Positions 33,500-47,751 of a stretch of 64,000 nucleotides of DNA are shown in pieces. The notes below the pieces were generated by a model. That model was not told the DNA's origin, made no database searches, and worked only from the letters and a program-made list of their open reading frames with translations. The translations under genes were made by a program, and so were the position numbers. This stretch comes from Fistulifera solaris (Eukaryota): NCBI GenBank assembly GCA_030295235.1, contig AP026123.1, positions 2,542,001 to 2,606,000 on the forward strand, given 5' to 3'. Each line of letters begins with the position of its first letter. Within the stretch, counting starts at the first letter, position 1.

Positions 33500-35533
33500 A
33501 TGATAAGGAACAGTATATGGCTCGCATTTTGGTGGCTGCAATGGCTGACGATGGGTGTAGTGCAAGGCCAATCGAGACTTCGCTTCGGAATGATCAGTGG
33601 AGCTTCGACTTATTACGAGGACATACGTGAGGGATGGGAAGCGGCCTGTGCGGTTCGCGGAGTCTATTGCGAATATATTACCTTAGAAGAGCAAGACAAT
33701 TGCGATGCCGAACAAGAAATTTTAGATTTGTGGAAAGAAGAAGGGTTCGATGGCGTTGCCCTCAAATCCTGCGAAGCTTCCGACGACACACTCATTATCG
33801 ACCACTTCACCGAACAAGGATTACCGATTGTGACGTTTGACAGAGATGTATCCAATTCAACGAGACTATCGTACGTTGGCACTCGACAAGGCTTTGTGGG
33901 CGAGACCATGGCACGAATTCTTCGTCAGATGAGACCCGATGGAGGTACCTTCGGAGTGGTTTGCAAGCAGCCCGTACGGTACGAAAGCTTCGTAAGAGCA
34001 ATTACCAAGTACAACAACGTCAATAATAGAGGCCATTGGTTTGAAATTCCTCAGCCGTATGATCAAGAGGAAGGGGATTTGGATCGAGCACCTTTCTTTA
34101 TGCAGTTGATGGAACGGTTTGTGGAGTTACAACCCTCGGCGCTGCTTTTCATGTGTCAATTGCCCATGGAGGACGAAAACTGGACCGTTTTTGTGGACAA
34201 GTATCGTGACAGGAATATTACCCTGATTGGTGTGGACGGCGCGGATTTTCAGCTCGAATACTTGAATAAGCGGTATGTAGACGGTTTAGTGAGTCAGATA
34301 CCCTTTGAAATCGGTTCCCGGTCTCTGGAAGTGCTCCATGACTTTACAGCCTACAACGTACGACCCAAGGATGTCGTAGGCTTAGACCTGGTCGCTTACA
34401 ATCTGATTCCAATTGAGCTGCCTCCATTGACGGTTGACAACAACCGGATAGGGAATCTCAAGTACCTCGGATACACGGCATTTGGTGCAGTCGCACTTTG
34501 TGCGCTCTTTTGCATCGCGTGGACTATTCGCTACAGACAAAACCTTGTTGTGAAAGCAGCACAGCCCTTCTTCTTGCTCATGATCACGGGCGGAGTGCTG
34601 GTTCTGGCCAGCAGTTTGATACCGCTCTCCATGGATGACGGCGGTGACGACAGTACCAAGAGCACGACGTATCGTGTGGGTGTTTGCATGAGTGTTCCGT
34701 GGCTAGCATTTATAGGCTTTACCGTCACATTCTCTGCGTTATTCAGCAAGACCTGGAGAGTGAACCGAATCATTCAAGCCAAGGCGACCCTCTCGCGAAT
34801 AAAAGTCGAAACGAAGGATGTGCTGGGGCCGTTCTTTTGTTGTTGACGTGTAATATTCTTGTGTTAACGCTGTGGACGGTGTTGGATCCACTAACGTACA
34901 CTCGGAACAAAAAATGAAGGAACGGATTACTGGAATCGTGTCATTTCGACGCACGGGTCGTGCGAGTCCGACAAGGCACATGCGTTCTTGGCCCCGCTGG
35001 CGGGGATCAACTGGAGCGTGATAGTCATTGCTTGTTACCAAGCATATGAAGCACGATCCATCAAATCTGAATTTTCAGAAGCAAAATACATCGGCCTTGC
35101 TCTGTTCTCCCTTTTCCAGGCATTCATTACCGGCATTCCGGTGTTGGTGATAGTTCGTGACAGCCCACAAGCGTATTACATTTCACTTTCACTGATGATT
35201 ACCTTGCTATCGCTTGCCGTCCTGGTGTTAATCTTTGTGCCCAAGATTATGATGCAACGACAGTACGCGGGATTGTCGGAAGCTGAGCAGAGACGAAAAT
35301 TGCAGAGCAGCGTAGTTCGATCCTCGAACGATCGCAGCAGCTCACAGTTTGCGAACAACCTGCACCTTGAACGCATCAGCCGGAATGTCAGTACAAGTTC
35401 GTTTCGAAAATCGGCTGATGCAATGCCCGGTCGCAGTTCTGATTTCAAGTCTACGCACGAAACGGCCACAGCGATCGGGGTTGTTGTCGAAGAGGTACCA
35501 AACCAGGCCTTGGTCCGTCGGCACTCGCTGTAA
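33500..35533 (+). CDS. class C (GABA-B-like, 7tm_3) GPCR with a periplasmic sugar-binding-protein-like ectodomain
   Basis: Signal peptide; GLPIVTFDRD, LIGVDG, DGLVSQIPFEIG (PBP fold); VKAAQPFFL, FSALFSKTWRVNRI, EFSEAKYI, LIFVPK (7tm_3). Apparent frameshifts near 34840 and 34912. Confidence 0.88.
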
Positions 35534-35796
35534 CTTCGGGTTGCGTACTTGTTCCACGCGCTTACATGGAGTGGTCGACTTACAAAAGCAGGCTGGATAG
35601 AGCATGTTCGGCGCCGGTGCTTCCGTGACGCAACGACTTCGTCTTTGGTTCACCTACATATTGTAATCCAAAAGTGCACGCAGATTGTCACCCAATTCGA
35701 AAATATCGACGTGTGCACCTTCAGATCCTACACGAATATCTAGCGTTAATGTAATAGTACTATTTATGTCTTTAGTTCGACTTATCTTTCGAAGTT

Positions 35797-36242
35797 TCAT
35801 CGAACAAAGTCAAGGCAGAATGCAGTGACTCGTTCGATGATGGCCTTCATTTGCTCTCTCGACTGCTGTCGTGGCTGCTGTAACGTTATGCCCAAAATCA
35901 AATTCGATCGAGGCAAGGCCGCTAGAATTTGACGGGCATACACCGCATATATGGGCTCGTCGTGGCCCAAAAGCGTGGAAGTATTGTATTCCAATGTTTG
36001 GCCTTCGGGGCCTTGCAAGGAAGAGCAACTCAAAAGGTCCCAATTCTCCCCGACATTTGACTGATGCACACCATGACGGTATCTTCAAAGTATTGTACGA
36101 AAAAATCGGTTTCAATAGTATCGATAACTTCCGTATTGGAAGCTGTCCGCGGCAAAGAACTGGGCTCGGGTGATAGAGACGAATTTGATTCCGTATTCGA
36201 AATGGAGAGTGTTTCGAGGGATTCTTGTATATTACTTGTCAT
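35797..36242 (-). CDS. PSMG3: proteasome assembly chaperone 3-like
   Basis: TDFFVQYFEDTVMVCISQMSGRIGT...TLLG..EPIYAVYARQI..LILGITL, with an apparent frameshift near 36033. Confidence 0.7.
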
Positions 36243-36726
36243 TTTGAAGCTGGTTGCTGCTTACGAGAGAGACAAATAAGTAACTGCTTTAATATGTTAC
36301 GATACTATCGACTTTGTGAAGTAAAGGGCTCCTCATTAACAAAGAAATGGATGCGAGCTCGCATCATCGTCGTCGTCGGCGCAAAAAAAAAAAAACAGCG
36401 GGGTGCAAAATGCGGGCAGAGGTGCAAGAACCGCACCAAGTACAGACGTAGATCAGTTTCCGCGATCCCTTGTGACATGCGACTATCGCTATGAATGTAG
36501 TCTCGTGTCCAGCTCTTCCCATAGTATGGATATTCATTATCCGATAGATTGTACTAAAATCCAGAATTCAAATAACAAACGAAAATGTGAGCGATCGCTA
36601 CATTTTCGCCGATCTGGGCCGTCACAAAGAAAATACAATCGATCATTTGCACCAAAGGCGATCACTTGCCAGCTTCATTTTCATTCCAGCTTTACTCCAT
36701 TTCCCCCCTCACTCACGGCATCAACA

Positions 36727-37874
36727 ATGGTGATCCCCAAAGGTGGTCTTTTCTCCCCAAAATCTCCGCGTTATTACTACAGGCGGTCCGAAGATGATGC
36801 TTCGACCGTCAAGACGGGCAGCTCGGTGATTTCGCTGAACAAGGGCAGAGATCGTAGTTACAGCAGAGGAAGATCACGTCTCGATGACACGCACGACGAA
36901 TACGACACCATCTCTCCTGTAGATTCTTCACTGGACCGACAGGTATTCTTTCCATCCAACACACGGTCAAAAAGTCGCAGTAGACTCCATCTATCCAGTT
37001 CGGATATTTTAGCCACTCGATCTCGAGACGAAAGCGTGGCATCACCCGACGAGCGTCAGAGTCGAAGTAGATCCAAGTCCAGGTCACGATTGGCGCCATC
37101 GTCATCCATGATGTCGGAATCATCATCCATGACTTCCCGGGTGACATCCAAACTCAACAAACTGGCGGCTTCCATCCGAACACGAGATAGTCCCAAAGCC
37201 GCTGCGAAACGCGATCATCTGCAAGACGAAAAGAAAATACTGAAACTCATTACGGATGGTCTCTGGAGCCACGACCCCAACGTCATCGAAGACGTTCTCA
37301 ACAAACTCAGCAATCTCATGTTCACCGTCGACGAAGAACTCAAGACTTTTCGGAGGGACGCCATTTTCCAGTCGGGAGGACACTTGGCCATTGTACAAGC
37401 CATGCGACGCAATAGTAAGCATAAAGGAATTGCCACACAAGGTTGTCGAGCTCTCGCCAATTCGACTTGGGAAACCTCGGATTTCATGACAGCCATCGCG
37501 GCCGTCGGAGGAATTGGTGTTATTTTGGAATGTATGGAACAGTTTCCACACGATGAGTTGGTGCAAATCTGTGCCGTATGTGCTCTGCGCAATCTCAGCT
37601 CCATGAAACGGATCGCGAGCATCATCCTAGAACGAGATGGTCTCAAAACAGTGCTTACGGCGATGCAAACATTTCAAATGAATAGCAACATCCAAGAATG
37701 TTGCTGCTGGACCATTGCTCATCTTTGCCTGGATAAAGACAACAAATCGTACATTGAAAAGGGAAATGCCTGCAGTGGATCGGAGCAGCCGTTGATAATC
37801 ATCCGAACGAAACGGACGTTTTGGCTTCTGCCAAGCAAGCCAGTAAACGTATCTGGGAGATTATTCTGGCCTAA
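36727..37874 (+). CDS. armadillo-repeat protein, paralog 1 (Ser/Arg-rich N-terminus)
   Basis: GGHLAIVQAM, GCRALAN, GGIGVILECM, VQICAVCALRNL, IQECCCWTIAHL. An apparent frameshift near 37763 restores homology to paralog 2. Confidence 0.8.
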
Positions 37875-38524
37875 AACTTGGTCCAGAAATTCGGGCTACT
37901 GCAAATAGAACAAATAGTATACGTACTTTTCATAATGATTGTTTTACGCCACACTGTAAGTGCAAATAAGGTGTTGTCAATTGCTTTTGAAAAAGCACCT
38001 GTCCCCTATTGCCCTCATTATAATCCACGCTACCTATTAGGTGATCTTCTAATTCAAACTTGTTCTTAGCATCACTGAAGAACTGTGAACGTTTCTGATT
38101 AGCTTAAAAAACACGATGCGAATCTATCACGTCTTGTAATTCATTTCATTTTCAGGCTTAAATCGTCGAGACTCTTCCTGGTAATGCAAAATGAACTAGT
38201 AAGCATGGAGCATGATGGGTATCTTATGATTTCATGATGAACAGATGTCCGCAGGACGTAGAATTGCCATGAATGCGAACGTCTTAGATTATTTTCGGGA
38301 CTGAATATCAATCGAGTCCGAAGCCATCACCTTTACATCTTACGCGATAGTGCATATCCTTGTTTAATGAAATTTTGTAAAACGATCTGACCGGTACACA
38401 ACGGAAACCTGTCTATCGCCAAAAGAATTTGATTCTGCACCACAAATCGCCAATCAAGCCATTACTACCATTCATCGTATTTCATTAACAACGAAGCAAA
38501 CGATACAATACAAAAGCGTCGACC

Positions 38525-39548
38525 ATGATGAGATTCGGGCGTAGCAAACCTTTTCGTGAACGTGATGAAGAAGTTGTTCTTCGCTTGAATCTCAACGGAG
38601 TCAGAGATCGGCGGAAACATCAGCAACAGAATGACGAACAGAGCAAAAAGACTTCGAAACATCATCGCGACGAAAGAAGACAAGATGATCATTCAACCAT
38701 AGCATCAAGATGGTCACGCGCTTCTCCTCATCATCCTCCGAGACACCGAAACGAAAGCATGATGAGTGACGCCGAGAACCGAGAGCTGCAATCACCGGCA
38801 AGCCTCTCGACAAGCTCCGAACACCATAGCCTGAATAGCAACTTCACAGGAAACAAAAACAGAAAGAATGGCGAAGAGAATGTTATCCAACGGCTGATCA
38901 TCGACGATCTTTGGAGTGACAATCCGGCGATCGTAGAAAAGGGCTTGAAGAAGCTTTCGGGTATTGTGGGCACGAAGAAAACGGAGAATGATGAAAAGTC
39001 AAGTCGTGAAATTATTTTTTCGCGCGGGTGGACATCTTGCGATCGTCCAGGCGATGAAGAAACACAAAACGTCGGAGGCGGTCCAGAAAGAAGGGTGCAG
39101 GGCGCTTGGGATCGCTGCCGAAGAGATTATTGACACGACATCGCATGATAACGCGATCGCCACGGTAGGGGGGATCGACGCAATTCTATCAGCCATGCGG
39201 CACTTTCGCAACAATGAGCAGGTACAAGATTTTGGATGTGGAGCACTACAGAATCTAACTGGTGCGAAAGAGAATTCCAAGCTCATGATTGAAAAGGAGG
39301 GTTTGGCGATCCTTCTTACGTCCATGAAAACTTTTCCGAAAAGTGTAAATGTGCAAGAAAGTGCATGTTGGACTATCGTCAACCTTTGCCTTCGGAAAGA
39401 GAACAGGTCGAAGCTAGAAAAAGCTAAGTGTCTGAGTACTGTTGCTTCTGTCATCGACAATCATCCAAAGAGTCCCCAACTCAAGGTAGCAGCCCAAGAG
39501 GCACTTCAACACTTACTCTCGCTTTTAATTTCAGAGCGTGATGAGTGA
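38525..39548 (+). CDS. armadillo-repeat protein, paralog 2
   Basis: DLWSDNP..VEKGLKKLS, GGHLAIVQAM, GGIDAILSAM, VQESACWTIVNL. Apparent frameshift in the T-run near 39015. Confidence 0.8.
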
Positions 39549-39621
39549 TATTTAAAACGTGGAGATGATTGACTTCTACATTTATACGTAACATTGCAAC
39601 TAGAGGAGCTGTTACTTATTA

Positions 39622-42600
39622 TTAACTTCTTTCTTGAGCATCGGAGGATCCGTCAGCGATAGAGACGCTTCCAGTGTGGCTGTTCGACTTCAACAGGAAA
39701 GGAAACGCCGCAAGCTGAACAACCTTCGCCTTTGCTCCCCATTTCTCGTAGGTTCTGCGCGAAAGTATGAGACTGTCGATGGCCTCGTCGTCTCTGCCGC
39801 ATCCTCTTAGGAAGTAACTTTTATGCTCCGCAATGAGGGCGCGATGCAACAAAGAATCCCCTTGCTCGCAACAAACAGCTGCCTCATCAAAAGCTGCTAG
39901 CGCTCGATCCTTCTTCGCCTCAACTGCATACAAAAGCGCTTCTAAGAAATGAACCTGGTGATTGTGGTCTTCTGGAACCATTTCCGCTCTTTTCCGTACG
40001 AGCTTTATACATTTCTTAGCTTGCCTTATTCTTCGCCATCTTCCTGTTAGTGAACTATGAGCTAAAATCAATTTACTTGCCCCGCCAAAGAATAAAACAC
40101 AACATCTCGAAAACTTTGAATGGACGTATGGGATTGATTGACAGAAATCAAAGATGCGCTCCGCCCGTGCGTAATCATTCATCGTGAAGGCGACAATAAT
40201 ACTGCATATGCATAATACGCTTTGTGCGGCTCGATTCCCTTGTTGTTCGGCCACTTTCTCAGTTTCCTTTTGGTTGAGAAACGATCCGGTGAGATCCACT
40301 GGGTCCGCTGTTCGACCAAGAAGATTTTCCATAGCTTGTAGGACTATATTGAAAAGAATAAGGACATTGTCATGCCGAAAGGCATTGAACACCTTCCGAT
40401 AATCGATTCCAAACTTAATGAGTTCATCGATTGACTCCGACCCCAGGAACCGAAATAAAGTAGCGAAATAGAGACAACCTGTAGAACTGGTTGTGTCACC
40501 ACTAACTAAGCCAGCTCTATATCCTTCCATGAGAGGTTCGATGACTTTTCGAACAGACATTGTCTCAATAAAAGTCAAACCATAGACCAAGGCATAAACT
40601 CGACTAACCCATGCTTTGGTGTCATACTTCCGCATGATATCCAACGTGAGTCGACCATACTGCTGTGCAAGTTCAATATTTGACATCATCGCCATTATCA
40701 CGGAAAACATAGCAAACGCACTGACGCTCTCTGCATTCATACCATACTCTAGCCGTCAATCGAATCATAGCCATCGATAATGGTACCTGGTACGGCGACT
40801 TGGAGAGAAATGCGCTAGTGAGTGTATGTGCGAGAATCTCCATTGCAGCCTGCGACTCGCGGCACGTCATGACAGGGAGGGAAAGAATATCGGCTGTGCG
40901 AAATTTCGTCAGTTTGCTTTTTGTTTTCAACACTTCAATAGCAATTTGTAGCTTGCCGGCTCTACTGGGAATACGAATACTGAGTTTTCGTAGCAGCTGT
41001 AATCCTAGTTGAATAGACTCCTCGAACAGTAGTTGAGAGGAATAGGAACTGATAGTCACTGTGTGAGCTACGACTGAATCAAGAAATAATCGAGCATTTT
41101 CGATGACTTCTCTAGCAAGTCTTTCGGCATTGTCACAGTGTCCCACAACGTGCTCAACCTCGGCTGATGCCGTGAATATACTAAGAGAAAGATTGTAATG
41201 ATCTCTCCAGTGTCTCCGCGGCAGAAGCTCACGAGCATCATGAAACTTGTAAGCGGCTGCGTTGAACCTTGTTGACTTCAAAAGCACTTTCCAGCTAAAA
41301 AGAAGATTTCAGCAAATTTCACTTTCTCGGCTGAACTGTTCACGAGATGAAGACTTTGTCGTAGTAGACGTGAAATGATAGCAGCATTTTCTTCGGACGC
41401 CCATTGTTCCATCTAGCTTGTCGACAAGAGTTCGAGCAGCACCAAGGCAGAGTTGGGAGTTTTCCATCTCAGTTAGAAGGGTAGAACACGCATGTTGAAC
41501 TTTTGTCATGATAGAATTCATAGTATGCAGTGTGACAAACTTGCCGAACAATCCTTGGCAAACTGTTGATTTCGGTAGAACTCAGAAAGTACTGATCATC
41601 TTGATCTAAGGCCAAAGAAACAAGTCTTGAATCGAACCTTGTTCCCATGAATGAAGCGAGGGCCAGTGCTCTCTGCGTTTCGAGGGATAGCTTTTGCAGT
41701 TTCAAGGTAATGACATCGTTGACGGCCCCTCGCGAAAGAGTGTTTCTCGATTTGTTCAATATCTCCAAGTCGCAATGTAGAGTGCCATCCTTCTTAGAAA
41801 CAGCCCCCATTGATTTTAGAGTGCGAAACAATTCCAGCGTGTAAAACAGGTTCCCTTCAGTTTGTTGATATATCATCATGCAGAACTGCTGGCATTGCGA
41901 CTTTGACAAGCCGGAAGAATGTGAAACAAAATCACACACCTCCTCAATATCCAGCTCTCGAAGGTAAAGATCTTTGATACATAGTCCCTCATCCTCCAAC
42001 TCACGTAACAAGATAGATAAAGCGGAGTCCACTGACACCTCCTCGCTGCGGCAAGCTGCAATGACCTGTAGTCCATTAATTTGCTTCCTCAGTATTGCCG
42101 ATAGCATGGCCAAGCAGCCAGGCTCAGCCCATTGCAGATCGTCCAAAAACAGTAAAACCGTCTCCTTCCTCTCGTGACAAACAAATTCCAAAAAGCGAGT
42201 CACGACATGTCGCAAGCGGATTAGTAGCTCTATCCCTTGATAGGAGGACACGTTCGGTACATCTTGCTTCGGTAACACGCTTGACAAAGGCGGAATTGCT
42301 GTCATCAGAAGTCCGATTTCTCCGTCCACAGCTTTCGGTAAGGTCTCTTTTAGTTTGCTTAGCTCATCGGCGTCAAGGCTCGCCAACAGTTGCTCCGTAA
42401 GGTCCGAAAGAGCTGCACCAAACGGCATGTAGGTGGCAAAACACATTTGATCGAACTTTCCTCGACAAAAATAAGCAAAACGATTACTAAACCGGAGAGC
42501 CAAGCTGGTTTTGCCGGAGCCGCTGCTTCCGGTTATAAGAATCAGCGAAGGCTTGGAATTTATTATATTTTGAAGTTCTTGTTCCTCGCGAAGGCGACAT

Positions 42601-42755
42601 TTCCACGGCTCCGTCTCTTGCAAAAGCTGAGGCGGCATCGCCTCTTCATCCAACATCACGTCGATTGATGAGTTCGTCGCGGCAGATCGAAGGAGAGGCT
42701 TTGATACGTCTTCTTCGGAAGGTGAAATAGGACTAGAGTCGTCGGAGATTTTCAT
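39622..42755 (-). CDS. AAA_16/STAND-type P-loop ATPase plus helical (TPR-like) region, paralog 1 (about 4 frameshifts as assembled)
   Basis: GSSGSGKT, RGKFDQ, LFLDDLQWAE, TEGNLFY, FYHDKVQ, C-terminal YEKWGAKAKV. Colinear with 44051-47154. Confidence 0.85.
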
Positions 42756-44050
42756 GGACAATAAAAGGTAAGGAGAACAACGACGCGCTGTGCACTATTG
42801 ATCGCTTGAACTTGCAATGAAACAACGAAAATAAAGAGAGGAGCGAGGTTGTAATTTTTGCAGTTGCGACCCATAGTTTTGAGCACGAAGCACGCGAAGC
42901 TTGGAAAACGGAAACGGGATGATGGATGATGGTGCATGCGGGATGCGGGATGCGGGTGCATGGTGCATGGTACTTGTTCTTCGTTCTTTGATGACCGACG
43001 ATGATGACTCCTCGTGTACTACTTACGAAAAAGCAGAAAATTGCTGTAAGGAATGCGTTGAGCTTAGGATTTTGTGCATTAAGCACGTGTTGCCAAGTGC
43101 AGCTTAACCCTATAGTCTTTGACCAATAGCTCAGGGCTTAAGTAAAGCTAAAGGAGCATTCCAGCATTCACCTACGTACCAGGTAGTAAGTCGTACAATC
43201 TACTATCAACTCCGATCTCCGAGCAACAAATTCCTTCCTGGCGACTTTACTTCAAAGCTATAGTTTTCCGACTTCCGACTTCCGACACTACTGTATGTAC
43301 TCAGCGATGACGTGGACGTGGACTGACATGACCTTGAACTTCGTATTGCATACGAAGACCTATGCCGGTAAGACGTCCGGGCGTTGGAGCGACAAAAAGC
43401 AAAAGGCAATAAAACAAACAACAAACATAAAACATCAAACAAACGACGCGATAACAAAGACGAGCTTCACATTGAAAGAATAGAACCATTAGCTTCAACA
43501 CTCCTTCGTCAGTCTTGACAGGCACTGTCAAAAGCCCTTACCAATCTTCTTGGCGGTCCTACAATCGCTTCCTTGCTGCATTTGGCCCGGACGATTGTAA
43601 GATGTACGATGCACGTTTTCCCTTCTCGCAAAATCAACCTGAATGCATTTTATATACAAGGCTTTTTTACGGTCAGCAGCCATCGCCGGAGTTATGTACA
43701 AGGAAGAGATCTTAAAAAGCAGAATAAAAACGAGATAGCTACCGTTGGAAATGTTCATTTATCGATGTTGAGCGGTAAACGAGCCCGCCTGCTTTCCTTT
43801 GTACAAGTAGCCTGCGCATAAAGGTAAAAATCTCTTCAGTTGCGGCTGCGGAACAATGCGGAACGAATTTTAAGTAGGCTCAGCAAAGGTTTGGCACGTT
43901 TGTAATGGGCAATTGTCGCCTAGAATTTGAAGAAAGATTGCTGCATATCGCTCGCTCACAGGAAAGACGCTTCTACGGTTGACTATGGTTGCATGTTCTC
44001 AAAATCATTCAAAATGGTTTAACGCATACAAGATTCAGGGAGCTGAAAAG

Positions 44051-47000
44051 CTAATTAGTTTCGACAACGGTGACGCTTCCAGTGTGGCTGTTCGATTTCA
44101 GCACTAAAGGATAGGACGCAAGCTGATCAGTCTTCGCCTTAGCCCCCATTTCTCATACACTCTGCGTGCCGTTAGGAGCGTATCGATGGCCTCGTCGCCT
44201 CTATCACATTCTCTCAGCAATTTACTTTTGTGCTCGGCAATAAGGGCTTGATGCAAGAGAGAATTACCTCGGTCGCTGCAAAGAGATGCCCCATCAAAAG
44301 CTGCTAGCGCTCGTTCCTTCTTCGCCTCAACGACGAACAGAAGCGCTTTTAAGAAATGCACTTGGTGACCGTGGTCTTCCGGAACCATTTCCGCTCTTTT
44401 CCGTACGAGCTTGAGACATCTCTTCGCTTGCCTTATCCTCCGCCATCTTCCTGCCGGTGAACCGTGAGCTAAGATCAGTTTACTCGCCCCACCAAAGAAT
44501 AGCACACAACATCTCGAGAACTTTGATTGAACAGAAGGGAATGACTGATAGAAATCGAAAATACGCTCCGCGCGTGCGTAGTCGTTCATCGTGAAAGCGA
44601 CAATGATGCCACACATACATAACACGCTCTGTGCGGCTCGATTTCCCTGTCGTTCTGCGAGCTCTTCGGTTTCCTTTTGGTTGAGGAATGATCCCGTCAA
44701 TTCCACAGGGTCCGCTGTTCGACCAAGAAGATTTTCCATGGCTTGCAAAACGATATTGAAAAGAATCAGCATATTGTCATGTCGAAAAGAATTGAATACT
44801 TTACGGTATTCCTCTCCAAGCTGCACCAATTCACTGATAGATTCAGAACCCAGAAAACGAAAAAGTGTGGCGAGATAAATCGACCCTGTGGAACTAGTTG
44901 TATCACCACTAGCCAGTCCAGCTCTGTAACCTTCCATAAGAGGTTCGACGACCGTCCGAACAGACATTGTCTCTGTAAATGTCAAACCATATACCAGGGT
45001 GTAAACCCGGCTTACCCACGCCTTGGCATCAAGCTTCCGTATGATATCCAACGTGAGTTGACCGTACTGCTGTGCGAGTTCGGTATTTGACATCATAGCC
45101 ATTATCACGGAAAACATAGCAAACGCACTGACACTTTCTTCGTTCATACCAAAATCCAGTGTCAATCGGATCATAGCCATCGATAACGGTACTTGATACG
45201 GTGACCTGGAAAGAAATGCACTAGTGAACGTCTTGTCAAGAATTTCCATGGCGGCCTGCGTCTCGCGGCATGTCATGACAGGTAACGAGAGAATATCAGA
45301 TGGCTGAAGCTTCTTCAGTTTGCGTTTCGTTCTCAAAACTTCAACAGCAATCTGCAGCTTGCCGGCTCTTTTCGGAATGGGTATTTTGAGTTGTCTCAGC
45401 AGGTGCAATCCTAACTGAACGGATTCCTCAAAACGTAATTGGGAGGAGTATGAGCTGATAGTCACCGTATGCGCTAACACGGAATCAAAGAAGGACCTAG
45501 CGTTCTCGATAACCTCGCTGGCAAGTCTCTCGGCGTTGTCACAATTCCCTAGGACGTGCTCAACCTCGGCTGACGCCGTGAATATACTGAGGGAAAGGTC
45601 ATATTGATCTCTCCAATGTCGTGGCGGAAGCAATGCCCGAGCAACTTGAAATTTGTTAACGGCTGCAGTAAAGCAAGATGACCTTAACAGACTTTTCGCT
45701 GCGAAATAGAACAGCTCGGCGTATTTCACTCTCTCCGATTCATCGCTTACGAGTTGCAAGCTCTGGCTTAGCAGATGTGCCAAGAGAATGGAATTCTCTT
45801 CCAGGGCACTTGTTCCACCTAGCTTGTCCACAAGAGTTCGAGCTGAATCAAGGAAGAATTTAGGTTTTTCCATCTCAGGAAGAAGGTCATAACACGCTTG
45901 CTGAACTTTATCATGACGGAATTCAAAGTAGGCAGTCTGATTTTGTTGCCTGACAAGCCTCGACGATTTATTTATTTCAATTGAGTTCAAGAAATGCTGC
46001 TCATCTTGATTTAAGGCTAAAGACACGAGTCTTGAGTCGAATCTTGTTCCCATGAAGGATGCAAGGGCAAGCGATCTCTGCGTCTCGATGGAAAGCTCCC
46101 GCAATTTCAACGTAATAACATCGGTGATGGCTCCTCCCGAAAGTGGATTGCGAAACGAATTTAGTATCTCCAAATCACAACGTAGATGCCCGCCCTTCTC
46201 AGAAACAGCCCCCATGGATTTTAGAGTGCGAAACAGTTCCAGAGTGTAAAACAAATTTCCTTGAGTTTGTTGATGCAAAATCTCGGAGAACTTTTGGCAT
46301 TGCGACGTTGCTAACCCCGACGACTTTGAAATAAGTTCACATACCTCAGAAATGTTCAGCTCACGTAAGTGAAGATCTTCAATACGAAGTCCTTCAGTTT
46401 CCAGCTGACGTAAAGAGACGGATAGATCAGAATCCACCGACACCTCGTCGCTACGACAAGCTGCGATGATTTGTAGCCCAGGAATTTGTTTCCTTAGTAT
46501 CGCCGACAGCATGTCCAAAGATTCGGGCTCCGCCCATTGTAGGTCATCCAAAAGCAAAAGGACCGACTGCTCTGTTTCACGACAAACTGATTCGAGAAAG
46601 CATGTCACTATGTGCCGTAGGCGAACTATTCGCTCTATACCCTGATAGGTAGCCTTGTTCTGAACGTCTTGTTTCGGTAGTATTTTCGATAAAGCAGGTA
46701 TCGCTGCGGCTAAAAGACCGATTTCTCCATTGACAGCTTCCGGTAAAGTCTCTCGCAGCCTCTGAAGTTGCTCTGCATCCAGTTTCGTCAGCAATTGCTC
46801 CGTTAGGTCTGAAAGCGCAGCACTAAAAGGCAAATACGTTGCGGGGCACATTTGATCGAACTTTCCGCTACAAAAATAATCAAATTGTTCGCCGTACTGA
46901 AGAGCCAAATAAGTCTTGCCCGATCCGCTAGGACCTGTTATAAGGATAAGCGACGGCTTGGAACTGATGAGTTCCTGAAGTTCTTGTTCTTCGCGACGGC

Positions 47001-47154
47001 GCCATTTCCACGGCGCTTTCCCTGGAAGGAAGTGGGTCAGTTGCTGCGCTTGCATGTCGTCGAAAGAGGTAGTCTTTAGGGTAGTCACCGCAGATCGAAG
47101 CAGAGGCTCTGCTGCTTCCCCTTGGAAAGACGAATCACAGACGGAACTTGTCAT
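44051..47154 (-). CDS. AAA_16/STAND-type P-loop ATPase plus helical (TPR-like) region, paralog 2
   Basis: GPSGSGKT, SGKFDQ, LLLDDLQWAE, TQGNLFY, FRHDKVQQACY. One apparent frameshift near 44145 restores the shared LKSNSHTGSV tail. Confidence 0.88.
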
Positions 47155-47751
47155 CGTATTGACTATGTCCGATTTTAACTTTTCGGAAAAGAACAAATGC
47201 AAGGAATCAAAAGGAAAGAGAGCGTCGTGCTGTATAAGGTTTATAGCGAGGCCAAGCAGTTCAAAGACAGCTCGTGCGAAAAACGAAGAATACATCGGCC
47301 TTTGTCGCCTTGGTTAGTGGTGCGAAATTCGTTCGATATCACTATGAATCAATCTGTAAACTAATTCGCTGATCGACAAGAAATCTTACGCATGGACTAC
47401 GTGAACGTGATGTCTTGTATGACCGATGACAACGTCACTGTTGGTACCACGTGTTACTATAAGATGATGTGTGGCAATTGAGAGCCGGCTGGCGGACATG
47501 TGACATTGCTTACTACTGCTTCTTAGAGACATGGGGTCTCACTGGTAAGTTGTGAAATGTCTTGTTGACGAAGAAGCGCAGTAACAATCAAGCCTACAAT
47601 GTTTTCTATACAAAGTGTACCGTATAGTATACCGCTGCGACTGATGAAAGCGGCGAAGAGACGAAAACGAGAAGCGACGACAGCACAAAAGCAAGGCACA
47701 ATGAACTCACAACACCGCATCATGATAACTAAAATACATTGATAAATAGTT

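Noticed and set aside
39622..42755. Pseudogene or programmed-frameshift call for ATPase paralog 1
   Set aside because: The shifts match the window-wide homopolymer indel pattern, and motifs and length are intact.
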